A stretch of 64,000 nt of DNA, from the NCBI GenBank assembly GCA_965238075.1, contig OZ250173.1, positions 288,001 through 352,000 of the forward strand, in the 5' to 3' direction. Position numbers and translations under genes: made by a program. The DNA comes from Candidatus Entotheonellaceae bacterium (GTDB taxonomy: Bacteria; Tectomicrobia; Entotheonellia; Entotheonellales; Entotheonellaceae). Below, in pieces: positions 48,674 through 58,439 of this stretch; position 1 is the stretch's first letter, and every line of letters starts with the position of its first letter. The notes below the pieces were generated by a model. That model was not told where the DNA came from, made no database searches, and saw nothing but the letters and a program-made list of their open reading frames with translations.

Positions 48674-49954
48674 TCAGTTGAGCGTGGCCTTCCGCGCGCT
48701 GACTGGCAGCACCTCCAGACCCCTCAAAATAATGTTGTCCCTAAAGACAGGTCGGTCCGTCTGCATGCGAATGTCAGCGAAGCGCTCCATGATGGCCTCG
48801 AAAGTGAGCCGTCCCTCCAGGCGCGCCAGCGACGCCCCGAGGCAGTGATGGATGCCGCGTCCAAAGGAAATGTGATTGGCTTCCTGGCGGGTGAGATCGA
48901 GCCGGTCCGGCTCGCTGAACACCTCCGGGTCGCGATTCGCTGAGCCGAGGAGCACCATGATGCCCTGCCCTTTCTTCACGTGGCGACCGTCGAATTCCAC
49001 ATCCTCCAATGCAACGCGGACATCCAACTGCACGGGGGCGTCATAGCGCAGCAATTCCTCGATCGCCGAGGGCATCAGGTCCGGCGACTGGCGCAATACC
49101 TCAAGTTGTTCGGGGTTTCGCAGCAGGGCAAGCATGCCATTGCCGATGAGCTTGGTGGTGGTTTCGTTGCCGGCCACCAGCAACAGCCGCAGCATAGCGA
49201 GCAGTTCCGCCTGGCTGAGCTTGTCCCCCGCCTCTTCAGCCGCCACCAAGCCGCTGATCAGATCGTCCCGGGGTTCCCGCCGCCGCTGGTCAATGATGCC
49301 CAGAAAATACGCATCGAGCTCCTTGCCAGCCTCCGTAACGAGGCGCCGTTCCTTATCCGTAATGTTCGGCTCCAGGCCGCGAGCCCGATGGCGCGACCAT
49401 ATCTGGAATTGCGGCCGGTCCTCAGTCGGCACGCCGAGCAGCTCGGCAATGACGATGACGGGCAATGGCGCAGCAATGGCCTCCATGAGGTCGAAGGCGG
49501 CGGGATCGTCAAGCTGGTCCAGCAGATCGTCGGCGATGGCGCGGATGTGTCCCGCAAGACCCTCGACGACTGCAGGGGTGAACGCACGACTCACCAGAGC
49601 GCGCAGCCGCGTGTGGTCCGGCGGATCCCGGAACAGCATGCTCGGCTGGCTCTGGAGATCAAACGCCTCGTCGATGTGGCTGGGGTTGCCGCGTTTGCTG
49701 GAATCGTTGGAAAACCGTTTGTGATCGCGCAGGATGCTGTCCACGTGCTTGTAACGCGAGAACACCCAGGAATCCATGAGCGGGCTCCAATGCACGGGGT
49801 CCTTGTCGCGCAGTCGCTCGTAGGTCGGATACGGATCCGTGTACACGCTCGGCGACAGCGGGTTATACGTCACACCGCTCTGCCACCATTCGCGGGCCAT
49901 GAGGGCACGGATGGCAACCGGTTTGATGATCTTCCGAAGCACGCTGGAGCTCAT
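48674..49954 (-). CDS. cytochrome P450
   Basis: AGNETT I-helix, EELLR (ExxR), FGRGIHHCLG heme ligand; AGGAGG RBS. Confidence 0.95.
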   Translation of the reverse strand: MSSSVLRKIIKPVAIRALMAREWWQSGVTYNPLSPSVYTDPYPTYERLRDKDPVHWSPLMDSWVFSRYKHVDSILRDHKRFSNDSSKRGNPSHIDEAFDLQSQPSMLFRDPPDHTRLRALVSRAFTPAVVEGLAGHIRAIADDLLDQLDDPAAFDLMEAIAAPLPVIVIAELLGVPTEDRPQFQIWSRHRARGLEPNITDKERRLVTEAGKELDAYFLGIIDQRRREPRDDLISGLVAAEEAGDKLSQAELLAMLRLLLVAGNETTTKLIGNGMLALLRNPEQLEVLRQSPDLMPSAIEELLRYDAPVQLDVRVALEDVEFDGRHVKKGQGIMVLLGSANRDPEVFSEPDRLDLTRQEANHISFGRGIHHCLGASLARLEGRLTFEAIMERFADIRMQTDRPVFRDNIILRGLEVLPVSARKATLN

Positions 49955-50014
49955 GACCACCTCCTTTTGAATCCAGGGTCCACTACATGCGCAAGGTCTG
50001 CAACATGCGGCCTG

Positions 50015-51349
50015 TCAACTGAAATCTCCGGTCCACAACATCCGGCACGTTAACGATGCTACCACAACGCCGGTCACGTCTGCGCAGAGCCCCGCCAGCA
50101 GCGCGTGGCGGATGCGACTGACGCCCACAGCGCCGAAGTAAACGGCCAGCACGTAGAACGTGGTCTCGGTGCTGCCCATCAGCGTTGAAGCCACATAAGC
50201 GGCATACGAGTCGGGCGCCGCCTCGACCAGCTCGGCCATGATGCCGAAGGCACCGCTGCCTGAAAGGGGCCGCACCAGCGCCATGGGCAGAACCTCACCC
50301 GGCATGCCGATCAGGTGGGTTACCGGGTTGAGGATGGACGTCAGCAGTTCCATCGCCCCGGACGCCCGGAACATGCGGATAGCCACCAGAATGGCCACCA
50401 GGAAAGGGATGATGCGCACGGCGATGTCGAAACCCTGCTTGGCGCCTTCGGTGACCGCCTCGTAGATGCGCACGCCGCGGGCCAGTCCGTACGAAAAGAT
50501 GAGGAATATCAGCACCGGCATCAACCAATAACTGGCGAAGCGGTTTTTCAGGAAGTCGGGCAGCGAATCTGCGGTGACGGCCTGATACACGGTGGCGGCG
50601 CCGAGCAGGAGCAGCCCGGCAATGGCCAGCCGCTTGCCGATGGTGCCGGGGTCCCCTACCAAGTGGGCGTAGTCGGGTTCAGATGCCTGGTCATCCGCGA
50701 CGTTGCTTTCGGGGCTGGCGTCAACCGTTTGCGGTTGCGCCACTTGCTCCCGATAGGCGGCATCGCGGCGCCCCCACCAGGAGGCAACCAGCACGCCGAC
50801 GAGAGTCGAAGCCAAGGTCGCCACCAGCGTTGGCACGAACATTTCGAAGGGCCGCGTGCTGCCCGCCGCGGCGCGCACACCCATGACGCCCAGCGGCAGC
50901 AGCGCGACGCTGGAGGTGTTGATCGCCAGGAACAGGCACATGGCGTTGGTGGCCACTCCCGGCAACGGGTTGAGCCGGTTCAATTCGACCATCGCCTTGA
51001 TGCCGAACGGCGTCGCCGCGTTGCCGAGACCCAACATATTCGCCGAGATGTTAAGAATCATGGCGCTCATGGCGGGATGCTCGGCAGGCACGTCGGGAAA
51101 CAGGCGCACCATCAAAGGCCGGACGAGGCGGGCCAATTGCCGCATCATGCCGCCGGCTTCCAGGACGCGCACGAAGCCCAGCCACAAGGCCATGATACCG
51201 ATCAACCCGATGGCCAGCGTCACCGCACCTTTCGCCGCCGCAATGCTGGCGTCGGCTGCCTCCTGCATGCGCCCGGACACGGCCGCGAACAGGATGGCAC
51301 CCATGACAAAGACGACAAAGACAACGTTGATGGGACTGATTTTCGGCAT
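50015..51349 (-). CDS. fused SpmA/SpmB (nucleoside recognition Gate) membrane protein
   Basis: ANMLGLGNAATPFG, NTSS, RPLSGSG, GSTETTFYVLAVYFGAV. Confidence 0.88.
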   Translation of the reverse strand: MPKISPINVVFVVFVMGAILFAAVSGRMQEAADASIAAAKGAVTLAIGLIGIMALWLGFVRVLEAGGMMRQLARLVRPLMVRLFPDVPAEHPAMSAMILNISANMLGLGNAATPFGIKAMVELNRLNPLPGVATNAMCLFLAINTSSVALLPLGVMGVRAAAGSTRPFEMFVPTLVATLASTLVGVLVASWWGRRDAAYREQVAQPQTVDASPESNVADDQASEPDYAHLVGDPGTIGKRLAIAGLLLLGAATVYQAVTADSLPDFLKNRFASYWLMPVLIFLIFSYGLARGVRIYEAVTEGAKQGFDIAVRIIPFLVAILVAIRMFRASGAMELLTSILNPVTHLIGMPGEVLPMALVRPLSGSGAFGIMAELVEAAPDSYAAYVASTLMGSTETTFYVLAVYFGAVGVSRIRHALLAGLCADVTGVVVASLTCRMLWTGDFS

Positions 51350-51440
51350 CACTCGCTTCGCTCGTGCTGCTTGATATTTTGAATACGCCCTGTCTTCGCT
51401 CGCTGGCGCTCGCTACGCAGGGCTGTGGTGAAGGCATCGG

Positions 51441-52418
51441 TCAGGCCACTCCAGCTACCTGATGGATGAACGGCTCGTCGCGCTCCCAGCGGCGCACGTT
51501 CTCGACGATGATGTCAACCAGGCGCTGTTCGTAACGCGACGTTTCGCCGCCGGTGTGTGGCGTGATGAGGACGTTGGGCGATTCCCAAAGCGGGCTTTCG
51601 GGGCGCAGGGGCTCGTCAATGGTGAGGTCCAACGCCGCGCCAGCGATGTCGCCCGTTTGCAAAGCGCTAATCAACTCGGATTCGACGACGACCTGCCCGC
51701 GCGACACGTTCACCAGGTAAGCGGACGGCTTCATGCGCCGCAATTCCGCCGCGCCGATGAGGTTGGTTGTTTCGGGCTTGAGCGGGCAGCAAAGCGCGAC
51801 ATAATCGGCGCTGTCGAGCAATTCCTCCAATCGATCGGGAGGTAACACAAGGTCGGACTGTCCCTGGTAGGCCGCGGGGTTGCCCTTAGTGCCGGTGACG
51901 CGCATGCCGAACGCCTTGGCGAGGGTGGCCAAGCGGTTGCCGATAGCGCCGAGGCCGATGATGCCCAGGGTCTTGTCGGCAACTTCGTCTTCGCGCGCCT
52001 GCGGGTCGCTGATCATTGGGCGCCAGTGCTTGCGATGCTGGTTGTCACGCGCTTCCGGCAGGCGACGGCTGAGCGCCAGGATGAGCGCCATGGCGTGTTC
52101 GCTGACAGCGTTGGCGTTGACCCCCACGGCATTGCTCAGGCGGATGCCGCGGCGCTGCAGTTCGGCGAGCGGAAACTGGTTGTAGCCGACGCCGATGGCC
52201 TGAATCCACCGCAGTTTTTCAGCGCCGTCGAGCAAATCGTCTCGCCAAGCACCGGAAATCACCAACACGTCGAGCTGGGGCATGTACGGCTTGATTGCGT
52301 CGGCGCTGTGTTCCTGAAAAACCGTCGCCTCGGGAAGCCGGGCGCTGAGTACCGGGAAGATGCGGTAGGCCGGGTGACACACGCCGATGGTCAAGTCCTT
52401 GGCCGCAACTGCCGGCAT
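51441..52418 (-). CDS. D-isomer specific 2-hydroxyacid dehydrogenase
   Basis: GLGAIG, VNVSRG, GAALD, EPL, ITPH. Confidence 0.92.
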   Translation of the reverse strand: MPAVAAKDLTIGVCHPAYRIFPVLSARLPEATVFQEHSADAIKPYMPQLDVLVISGAWRDDLLDGAEKLRWIQAIGVGYNQFPLAELQRRGIRLSNAVGVNANAVSEHAMALILALSRRLPEARDNQHRKHWRPMISDPQAREDEVADKTLGIIGLGAIGNRLATLAKAFGMRVTGTKGNPAAYQGQSDLVLPPDRLEELLDSADYVALCCPLKPETTNLIGAAELRRMKPSAYLVNVSRGQVVVESELISALQTGDIAGAALDLTIDEPLRPESPLWESPNVLITPHTGGETSRYEQRLVDIIVENVRRWERDEPFIHQVAGVA

Positions 52419-52457
52419 GATGGGCTCCTTGTGAACTGGCGGTACGCCGGCACGGAC

Positions 52458-53621
52458 CTACAAGGCCGCCACAAAGGCACGCCCCACGTCCTGTGCGGAC
52501 ATGCGATTCAACGAGGGATTGATTTTGAGCCAGAAGCCACCCTGCCAGCGGGCTTGCGGCAGGTGAATGTTACGCCGGCTGAGCCGGTCGCGAAAACGTT
52601 CTGGGTCCGTGCCGGACACGTATACGGGCACGACGTGGGTGCCGTCCGGAACGGGCTCGACGCGAAAAGCAGAGTGTTCGGCCAGTATTTGGAAAATGCT
52701 TTCCGCCTTGCGCCAAGCGGCCTTGTATTCATCCAGGAAATCGTCGACGAATTCCAGGGCCACTGCGGCGTACGGCCAGGCACCGGGCAGGCCACTGCCG
52801 AACATGCGGCGCACGTGGAACAGGTTCTCGGTGAACGCCCGCGTGCCAGCCAGAATGGCCCCGGAAGCAGCATTGAAGCACTTGTACAGCGACACGTACA
52901 CGGTATCGAACAGCGCGGCGTATTGCGCGGGCGGGATGCCGGTGTGAGCGGATTCCACGAACAGGCGGGCGCCGTCGAGGTGCAGCCGGATGCCTTCCTG
53001 CCGGCCGAAGGCGGCGATGCGCCCCATTTCGTCATAGCCGAACACGGCGTCGTCCATGCGCCGTACCGGCGACTCAATGCAAATGACGCCGACATCCGTC
53101 TCTACCCTGCCGGAGCGGCTGCGCCGCACCGTGTCCTGCACCTCCGATAACGTGAAGCCGACTCGCCCCGACGCCAGGGGAATGAGGTTCAGGCCGCTGA
53201 GTTGCTGGGCGCAGTCGCCGGAATCGTTGTAGATGTGACTCTCGGCTTGCACGAGGACGCGCCGCTGCACCCCAGCCAGTTCCCGCAGCGCGATGTGGTT
53301 GGCCAGCGTGCCGGTGGGCATGAAGACGGCGCTTTCCTTGCCGAGCCAGCGCGCAAACGTGTGTTCCAGTTCCTCGACGACACCGCCGTTGGAATAAACG
53401 TCGGCGTGCAACGGCTTGGAAGTGGCGAGCTGATTCAGAAGGTGGGCGTATTCCAAGGGGCTGAGATGGGAGCCGTCGTAGATGAAATTGACCGCCTGCT
53501 GCAGCCGCGTCAACTCGTCGGGGTCGGTAGCTGCTTGGCCCGCCAAGGTCGGCGCCGCCGAAGCCCCTGCCGCCAACGCGCCGCCGAGTTTGAGTACCTC
53601 TCGTCGCCCCATGGTGGTCAT
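52458..53621 (-). CDS. low-specificity threonine aldolase family PLP enzyme with Tat signal
   Basis: GRREVLK signal; FMPTGTLAN, HLDGARL, SLYK (PLP Lys). Confidence 0.85.
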   Translation of the reverse strand: MTTMGRREVLKLGGALAAGASAAPTLAGQAATDPDELTRLQQAVNFIYDGSHLSPLEYAHLLNQLATSKPLHADVYSNGGVVEELEHTFARWLGKESAVFMPTGTLANHIALRELAGVQRRVLVQAESHIYNDSGDCAQQLSGLNLIPLASGRVGFTLSEVQDTVRRSRSGRVETDVGVICIESPVRRMDDAVFGYDEMGRIAAFGRQEGIRLHLDGARLFVESAHTGIPPAQYAALFDTVYVSLYKCFNAASGAILAGTRAFTENLFHVRRMFGSGLPGAWPYAAVALEFVDDFLDEYKAAWRKAESIFQILAEHSAFRVEPVPDGTHVVPVYVSGTDPERFRDRLSRRNIHLPQARWQGGFWLKINPSLNRMSAQDVGRAFVAAL

Positions 53622-53650
53622 TGCTCGCTCGTTGCCCGCATCATGGGGAC

Positions 53651-54304
53651 TCAGGCCGCCGGTCCGCCGGCCAAGCGACGACTTCCGTCGCCTTGGTAGA
53701 CGTATTCAAACGTCATGCAGCCCGCCACGTTGCCGGTGCAATAGTAGCTCAGCATCCGCATTTTGGCGTACTTGCCTTCCTGTGTGCGGATGACGTAAAC
53801 CTCCGGCTTGGGGGCCAGCACGTTGGCCAGATAGCTGTAGTTGTACCATTTCTCCAGAACCGGATTGGAAGGATGCAGGCGGTTCTTGGGGTGAACGTCG
53901 GCCTGAAATTCAGCGTCTCCGGGCACCTTGGACACGGCGCCGAAATCCCGCCTGCGGAGCTTCAGCACGGCGCCTTGGCCGTCGGGATTGCTGGGGCCGC
54001 CGTTGGTCTTCATCACGTAGCGCTTGAAGGCAAGGTCCCAGGCGTCTTTTTTGGGATTGAGGACCGGCACCACGGCGCCGCGGGAGAAATCGAAATAGAC
54101 CCAGACGTTTTGGGTACGGGCGTCGATGGTATAGACGATCGGCTCGGTAAGATACTCGACGATTTCCACAGGTCTCGGCGGTGTGGGGCTGTAGGTGGCC
54201 GAGGCGGGGTCGAATCCATCGCCTGCCACCCGCTCACAGCCCGTCGCAGAGAGGGCACAAAGACCGGCCAACACCAGCAGGCAGCATCCCTTAACGGCTT
54301 CCAT
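53651..54304 (-). CDS. HmuY family heme-binding lipoprotein
   Basis: Lipobox SATGC; WVYFDF, WDLAFKRY...TNGG, WYNY, YVIRTQEGKYAKMRMLSYY. Confidence 0.8.
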   Translation of the reverse strand: MEAVKGCCLLVLAGLCALSATGCERVAGDGFDPASATYSPTPPRPVEIVEYLTEPIVYTIDARTQNVWVYFDFSRGAVVPVLNPKKDAWDLAFKRYVMKTNGGPSNPDGQGAVLKLRRRDFGAVSKVPGDAEFQADVHPKNRLHPSNPVLEKWYNYSYLANVLAPKPEVYVIRTQEGKYAKMRMLSYYCTGNVAGCMTFEYVYQGDGSRRLAGGPAA

Positions 54305-54533
54305 TACGGCTCCCCTCACGAACCAGGCGGCGCAGGCGCACGTGCCGCCGCATGGGCAGGTAAATCAGGAAATAGATGCCGCAGCCGATGCCAACGTTCA
54401 GCACGCCGAGAATGAGCACGGTATGGTCGTAGCCGTGTTTCACCAAGTGATGATAGGCCAGCCAATCGGCCAGGCCCAGGAAGGCGACGTGCACTAGCAG
54501 GCCGACCATGAGGTAGAGGTTCATGACGCCCAT
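54291..54533 (-). CDS. small hypothetical membrane protein
   Basis: Two hydrophobic segments; overlaps both neighbours; GGGGAG RBS. Confidence 0.55.
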   Translation of the reverse strand: MGVMNLYLMVGLLVHVAFLGLADWLAYHHLVKHGYDHTVLILGVLNVGIGCGIYFLIYLPMRRHVRLRRLVREGSRNGSR

Positions 54534-55039
54534 GAGCCGCTCCCCGTAGAATGCATGGGCGGGTTCTCGGACCTGGCGGGCGGGCCCCCGGTTGCCTCGA
54601 TTCGCCACCAGGCTTGGCCCAATCCGGCCCACAACAGACACGCGGCGTTGATCGCTGTCAGCACCAGCGCCGCCGTGTGAAACGGCGATTTCAGGAACAG
54701 GCCACCCCGCAACAAGGCGACGACGCGGGCGCAGACCAGTAGCCCGAGCAGCAGGGTGAAACTGATCTGATAGGCTTTGTGCTGGCCGCTGGCGCGTTGA
54801 AGGAACGACACCCCGACGCCGGTGCGACGATAGATGAGGAATGGAAAGACGACCGCTATAATGCCGCCGAGGATGAAGAATACGGTGGGGTCCGACATGC
54901 CGCGCTGGGTGCTCTGCATGCTGGTGAGATACTGAGCGCCGAACAGGTAATAAATGCCATAGATGAAATAAACGATAGCGGCAATGGTGTGACGCCTCTG
55001 CAGGGGGTTTTCAGCAGGTCGGATTAGCGGTTGCGCCAT
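54521..55039 (-). CDS. hypothetical membrane protein (about 4 TM)
   Basis: Four hydrophobic stretches; first gene of a leftward operon. Confidence 0.65.
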   Translation of the reverse strand: MAQPLIRPAENPLQRRHTIAAIVYFIYGIYYLFGAQYLTSMQSTQRGMSDPTVFFILGGIIAVVFPFLIYRRTGVGVSFLQRASGQHKAYQISFTLLLGLLVCARVVALLRGGLFLKSPFHTAALVLTAINAACLLWAGLGQAWWRIEATGGPPARSENPPMHSTGSGSWAS

Positions 55040-55166
55040 TGCGGGATGTCCATCGCTTCGATTCGGCCCAAAGTGTCTTGAATCCGTTGGTTAACGTGGC
55101 CGAAAGCATAGCAGCGGTACGGGTGGGGCGCAATGCTGGCACCCGTGCAAGAAAGGCATCCGGACA

Positions 55167-56216
55167 ATGACGACGCCATCCCCAATCGCGCCGACCGCGG
55201 CATACCCGCAACGCCTGAGCGTGGCGCCGATGATGGACCGCACCGACCGGCACTACCGCTACTTCATGCGCCAGATCACCCGGCACACCTTGCTGTACAC
55301 CGAAATGATCACCACCGCGGCGCTGATGCACGGCGATACCGGACGCTTCCTGGCATTCTCGGAGGCGGAAAAGCCCCTGGCCCTGCAGCTCGGCGGCGAC
55401 GATCCGGCGGCGCTGGCGCACTGCGCGCGGCTGGCCGAGGACTGGGGGTACGACGAGGTGAATCTCAACGTCGGCTGCCCCAGCGACCGGGTGAAGCAGG
55501 GTCACTTCGGCGCCTGCCTGATGGCGCAGCCGGAGGTGGTAGCGCGCGGCGTCGAGGCCATGCGGCGGACGACGCCGCTGCGGGTGACGGTCAAACACCG
55601 CATCGGCATCGACGGGCTGGAGCGTTATGAAGACATGGAGCGGTTTGTCAGCGTCGTCGCCGGGGCGGGCTGTGAGAGCTTTATCGTGCACGCCCGCATC
55701 GCCGTCCTGCGGGGTCTGAGCCCGAAGGAGAACCGCACCGTGCCGCCGTTGCGGTACGACGACGTGTATCGCCTGAAGGCGGCGCATCCGCGGTTGCACA
55801 TCGCCATCAACGGCGGCATTAAGACTCTGCAACAGGCTACCGAACATTTGCCGACGGTGGACGGCGTCATGATCGGGCGGGCAGCGTACGACGAGCCGTT
55901 TCTGTTCGCCCTGGCGGACAATGTTTTCTTCGGAGAGCAGTCCGTGCCACCGAGCCGTCGGCAAGTCCTGGAGGCGATGCTGCCGTATCTTGAGAAATGG
56001 ACGGCGGAGGGCCTGGCGCCGCACCGCATCACGCGCCACCTATTGGGCCTGTTCGCCCACCAGCCCGCCGCACGGGCCTGGCGCCGGATGCTTAGCGAGC
56101 AAGCTCTGACTGCGGGCACCGCAATCACCGTTCTGCGAGCCGCCTTGTGCGACCTCCCAGCAAGAGTTCTCGACGCCCGGCCACAGCCGCTTAGCTGTCC
56201 CCTGCCAGTGCAATAG
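55167..56216 (+). CDS. dusA: tRNA-dihydrouridine synthase A
   Basis: SVAPMM, LQLGG, NLNVGCPS, VTVKHRIG, HAR, NGG, VMIGRAA. Confidence 0.92.
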   Translation: MTTPSPIAPTAAYPQRLSVAPMMDRTDRHYRYFMRQITRHTLLYTEMITTAALMHGDTGRFLAFSEAEKPLALQLGGDDPAALAHCARLAEDWGYDEVNLNVGCPSDRVKQGHFGACLMAQPEVVARGVEAMRRTTPLRVTVKHRIGIDGLERYEDMERFVSVVAGAGCESFIVHARIAVLRGLSPKENRTVPPLRYDDVYRLKAAHPRLHIAINGGIKTLQQATEHLPTVDGVMIGRAAYDEPFLFALADNVFFGEQSVPPSRRQVLEAMLPYLEKWTAEGLAPHRITRHLLGLFAHQPAARAWRRMLSEQALTAGTAITVLRAALCDLPARVLDARPQPLSCPLPVQ

Positions 56217-56469
56217 CCTCATCGATCAGCATGATCGGAATGTCGTCGCGAATCGGGTAGAAGTAATGCCGGTCTGCCCGGATCAGGGCACCGTCAATCG
56301 GCTCCCTAACCGGTGCTCCCCGCCGGGTCGCCAATTCCCGGCGAGCAATCCGTTGGTTGATGTCCGACACCTCATCCGGCTCGGCCAGAGTGAGGGATTG
56401 TTTCGTCTCCGGACAAACGAGAATATCGATTAATTCTTGATTGATGGCCATGCCGTCACCTTCTGTCAT
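56191..56469 (-). CDS. Trm112/YcaR family protein
   Basis: LIDILVCPETKQSL...YPIRDDIPIMLIDEA. Confidence 0.85.
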   Translation of the reverse strand: MTEGDGMAINQELIDILVCPETKQSLTLAEPDEVSDINQRIARRELATRRGAPVREPIDGALIRADRHYFYPIRDDIPIMLIDEAIALAGDS

Positions 56470-56969
56470 CGTTGCTGCGAATCACCTATCCCCGCCGGAC
56501 CCGGCTTATGCCACCACCTGTCGTTGGCCTCCACTGGATCGTAAATTCGCCATCTGCCGTGTTTGCGAATGCGTGGCGCCACGAGCCGCTCGTTGCCCTC
56601 GTGCATAAGCCGCTCCGCCGTCAGAACGAATGCCAGCAACGCGCCGTGCTTGGCGAACGCCTGCCGCGCGGAGGCCGAGCCCAGTGGGATACATGGCGGA
56701 ACGCGCCCCGTCGACCAGCGAAATGACGGTATAAAACAAGCGCAGGTAGGCGTCGAACACCTGCACCGGAATGGAAGACGATTTGGAAATGGGAACCACT
56801 TGGAAGCGGGGGGGGGATTTTGGGGCCCGCATCGGATTGGCGTCGGGTTGCGCCAACGCCGTCGAGCCCCAGAAGAGCGTGCTCAGCGTAAAGCCCAGCC
56901 TAGCGAGACCATGAGCCGGGATATCACCGTTGCGCGCCGCTGTCGGTGCCCTGTCGCAAGCCGTCTCAC
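56466..56969 (-). pseudogene. YidD-like (membrane protein insertion efficiency factor) gene with two frameshifts
   Basis: FYTVISLVDGARSAMYPT continues after one extra G as GSASARQAFAKHGALLAFVLTAERLMHE...YDPV; restored stop forms an ATGA overlap with the Trm112 gene; second shift near 56900 in a signal-like N-terminus. Confidence 0.65.
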
Positions 56970-56976
56970 CTGGCGC

Positions 56977-58227
56977 TCAACCCCAGTGCAGCAGGCGATG
57001 CGCCTGACGCGTCAACTCGGGAATGGACAACCCGTAGGGGCACGAACCGAGGCAGCGTTGGTGCGTACACTCGGCACAGGCGGCGGCGTTGTGCGCCAGT
57101 TTGGCGTAACCCTCCATCGCCATGCGCTCGGCGCCGTAATCCTCGAAGTACATTTTGTGGCGCAGCACGTCGGCAATCTGCACGTTCTCCGGGCACGACG
57201 ACTCACAGGCGTCGCACAGCGGACGGCAATAGGTGCCGTCGTTCAGGGTCACGTAGCGGCGCAGCAGGTCCATGTCGCGCCGCGTCACCTTGCTGCCGCC
57301 GGAAGCGACGAGAAACTCGTCGATGTCACTGGGCGAACGCATGGTGACGATCAAGGCGTCAACGTCGTCGTTCGACAGCACCCAGCGAAAAGCGGCCTGG
57401 GAGAACGTGGCGCCGTCCTTCTGGTACGGTTCCATGTCGTTCAGTTTGGCGCCGCGCAGCGTTTTCATGGCAATGACGCCCATACCTGCAGCCTTTGCCT
57501 TTTGCAGCATGCGTGGCAGGTCCGGGTTCACCGCGATAAAGTCGAAGCGGCGTGTTAGTTTCTGCACAAATGACGGGTCCTGGCCGAAGTTGTACGCCAC
57601 CAGCATCACGTCGAACTTGCCGCTGTCAATGGCGTAATCCAGGCACTCGATAAGCCGGCCGCCGTGGCCGGAAAGGCCAACGTAGCGAATCTTGCCCTGC
57701 TCCTTGGCGCGTTCGGTAAAGGCGTGGAATTCGGGATTCTGGACGCGCCTTACATCGTTCACGGCATGGGTGAAATAGACATCGATGTAATCGGTGCGCA
57801 GCCGCCGCAGGCTTCCCTCCAGGGTGCGCATCATTTCACCCTGCCGGACATGCGGGCCGAAGCCGCCCTTACTGGCAATGTAAACCTGGTCGCGCTTGCC
57901 CTCGAGCGCCTGACCGATGATGGTTTCGGAGTTGCCGCCGGTGTAGCTCTCGGCCGTGTCGAAGTAGTTGATACCTTTGTCCAAAGCGTAATGCACCAAA
58001 TCGCCGTCAGCGCGCAGCCGTGAGCCGCCGAAGCTGATATCCGACATGCGGATGTCGGTCGTGCCCAGCCGTCTGTGCTGCTTGATCGCGGCGGCCGCGT
58101 GCAACGTCTCCGGAGCCGCCGCAGTCAACCCGGATGCGGCGCCAAGCGCCACGCCGCCGAGGGCGAGCTGTTGCAGGAAGGTTCGACGCTTAACACCTAC
58201 AGATTTGTCACCATCGGGGGACGGCAT
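56977..58227 (-). CDS. aldo/keto reductase with Tat signal and C-terminal Fe-S cysteine cluster
   Basis: KRRTFL signal; GINYFDTAESY, SLRRLRTDYID, CRPLCDACESSCP and CAECTHQRCLGSCP. Confidence 0.88.
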   Translation of the reverse strand: MPSPDGDKSVGVKRRTFLQQLALGGVALGAASGLTAAAPETLHAAAAIKQHRRLGTTDIRMSDISFGGSRLRADGDLVHYALDKGINYFDTAESYTGGNSETIIGQALEGKRDQVYIASKGGFGPHVRQGEMMRTLEGSLRRLRTDYIDVYFTHAVNDVRRVQNPEFHAFTERAKEQGKIRYVGLSGHGGRLIECLDYAIDSGKFDVMLVAYNFGQDPSFVQKLTRRFDFIAVNPDLPRMLQKAKAAGMGVIAMKTLRGAKLNDMEPYQKDGATFSQAAFRWVLSNDDVDALIVTMRSPSDIDEFLVASGGSKVTRRDMDLLRRYVTLNDGTYCRPLCDACESSCPENVQIADVLRHKMYFEDYGAERMAMEGYAKLAHNAAACAECTHQRCLGSCPYGLSIPELTRQAHRLLHWG

Positions 58228-58439
58228 AGTTAACTCCTCACCACACGAGTTTTAAGACAACGAGAAGCGAAATTGCGGGGATAACCTCAGGGTCGGTTTG
58301 AAAACTTCGGCCATTATGCGGCATCGCCAAGGAGGCGTGCAAGGCACCCACAGGACGCCCGGCAACGCTAGATCAATCGTAGGCCTAGGCTTGGGAATGG
58401 GAATGGGCGCCGCGTTAGCAAGAGGCGTCTGACAACTTG

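Noticed and set aside
50015-51349. SpmAB as evidence of sporulation
   Set aside because: Fused SpmAB proteins are widespread in non-sporulating bacteria and no other sporulation genes are present.
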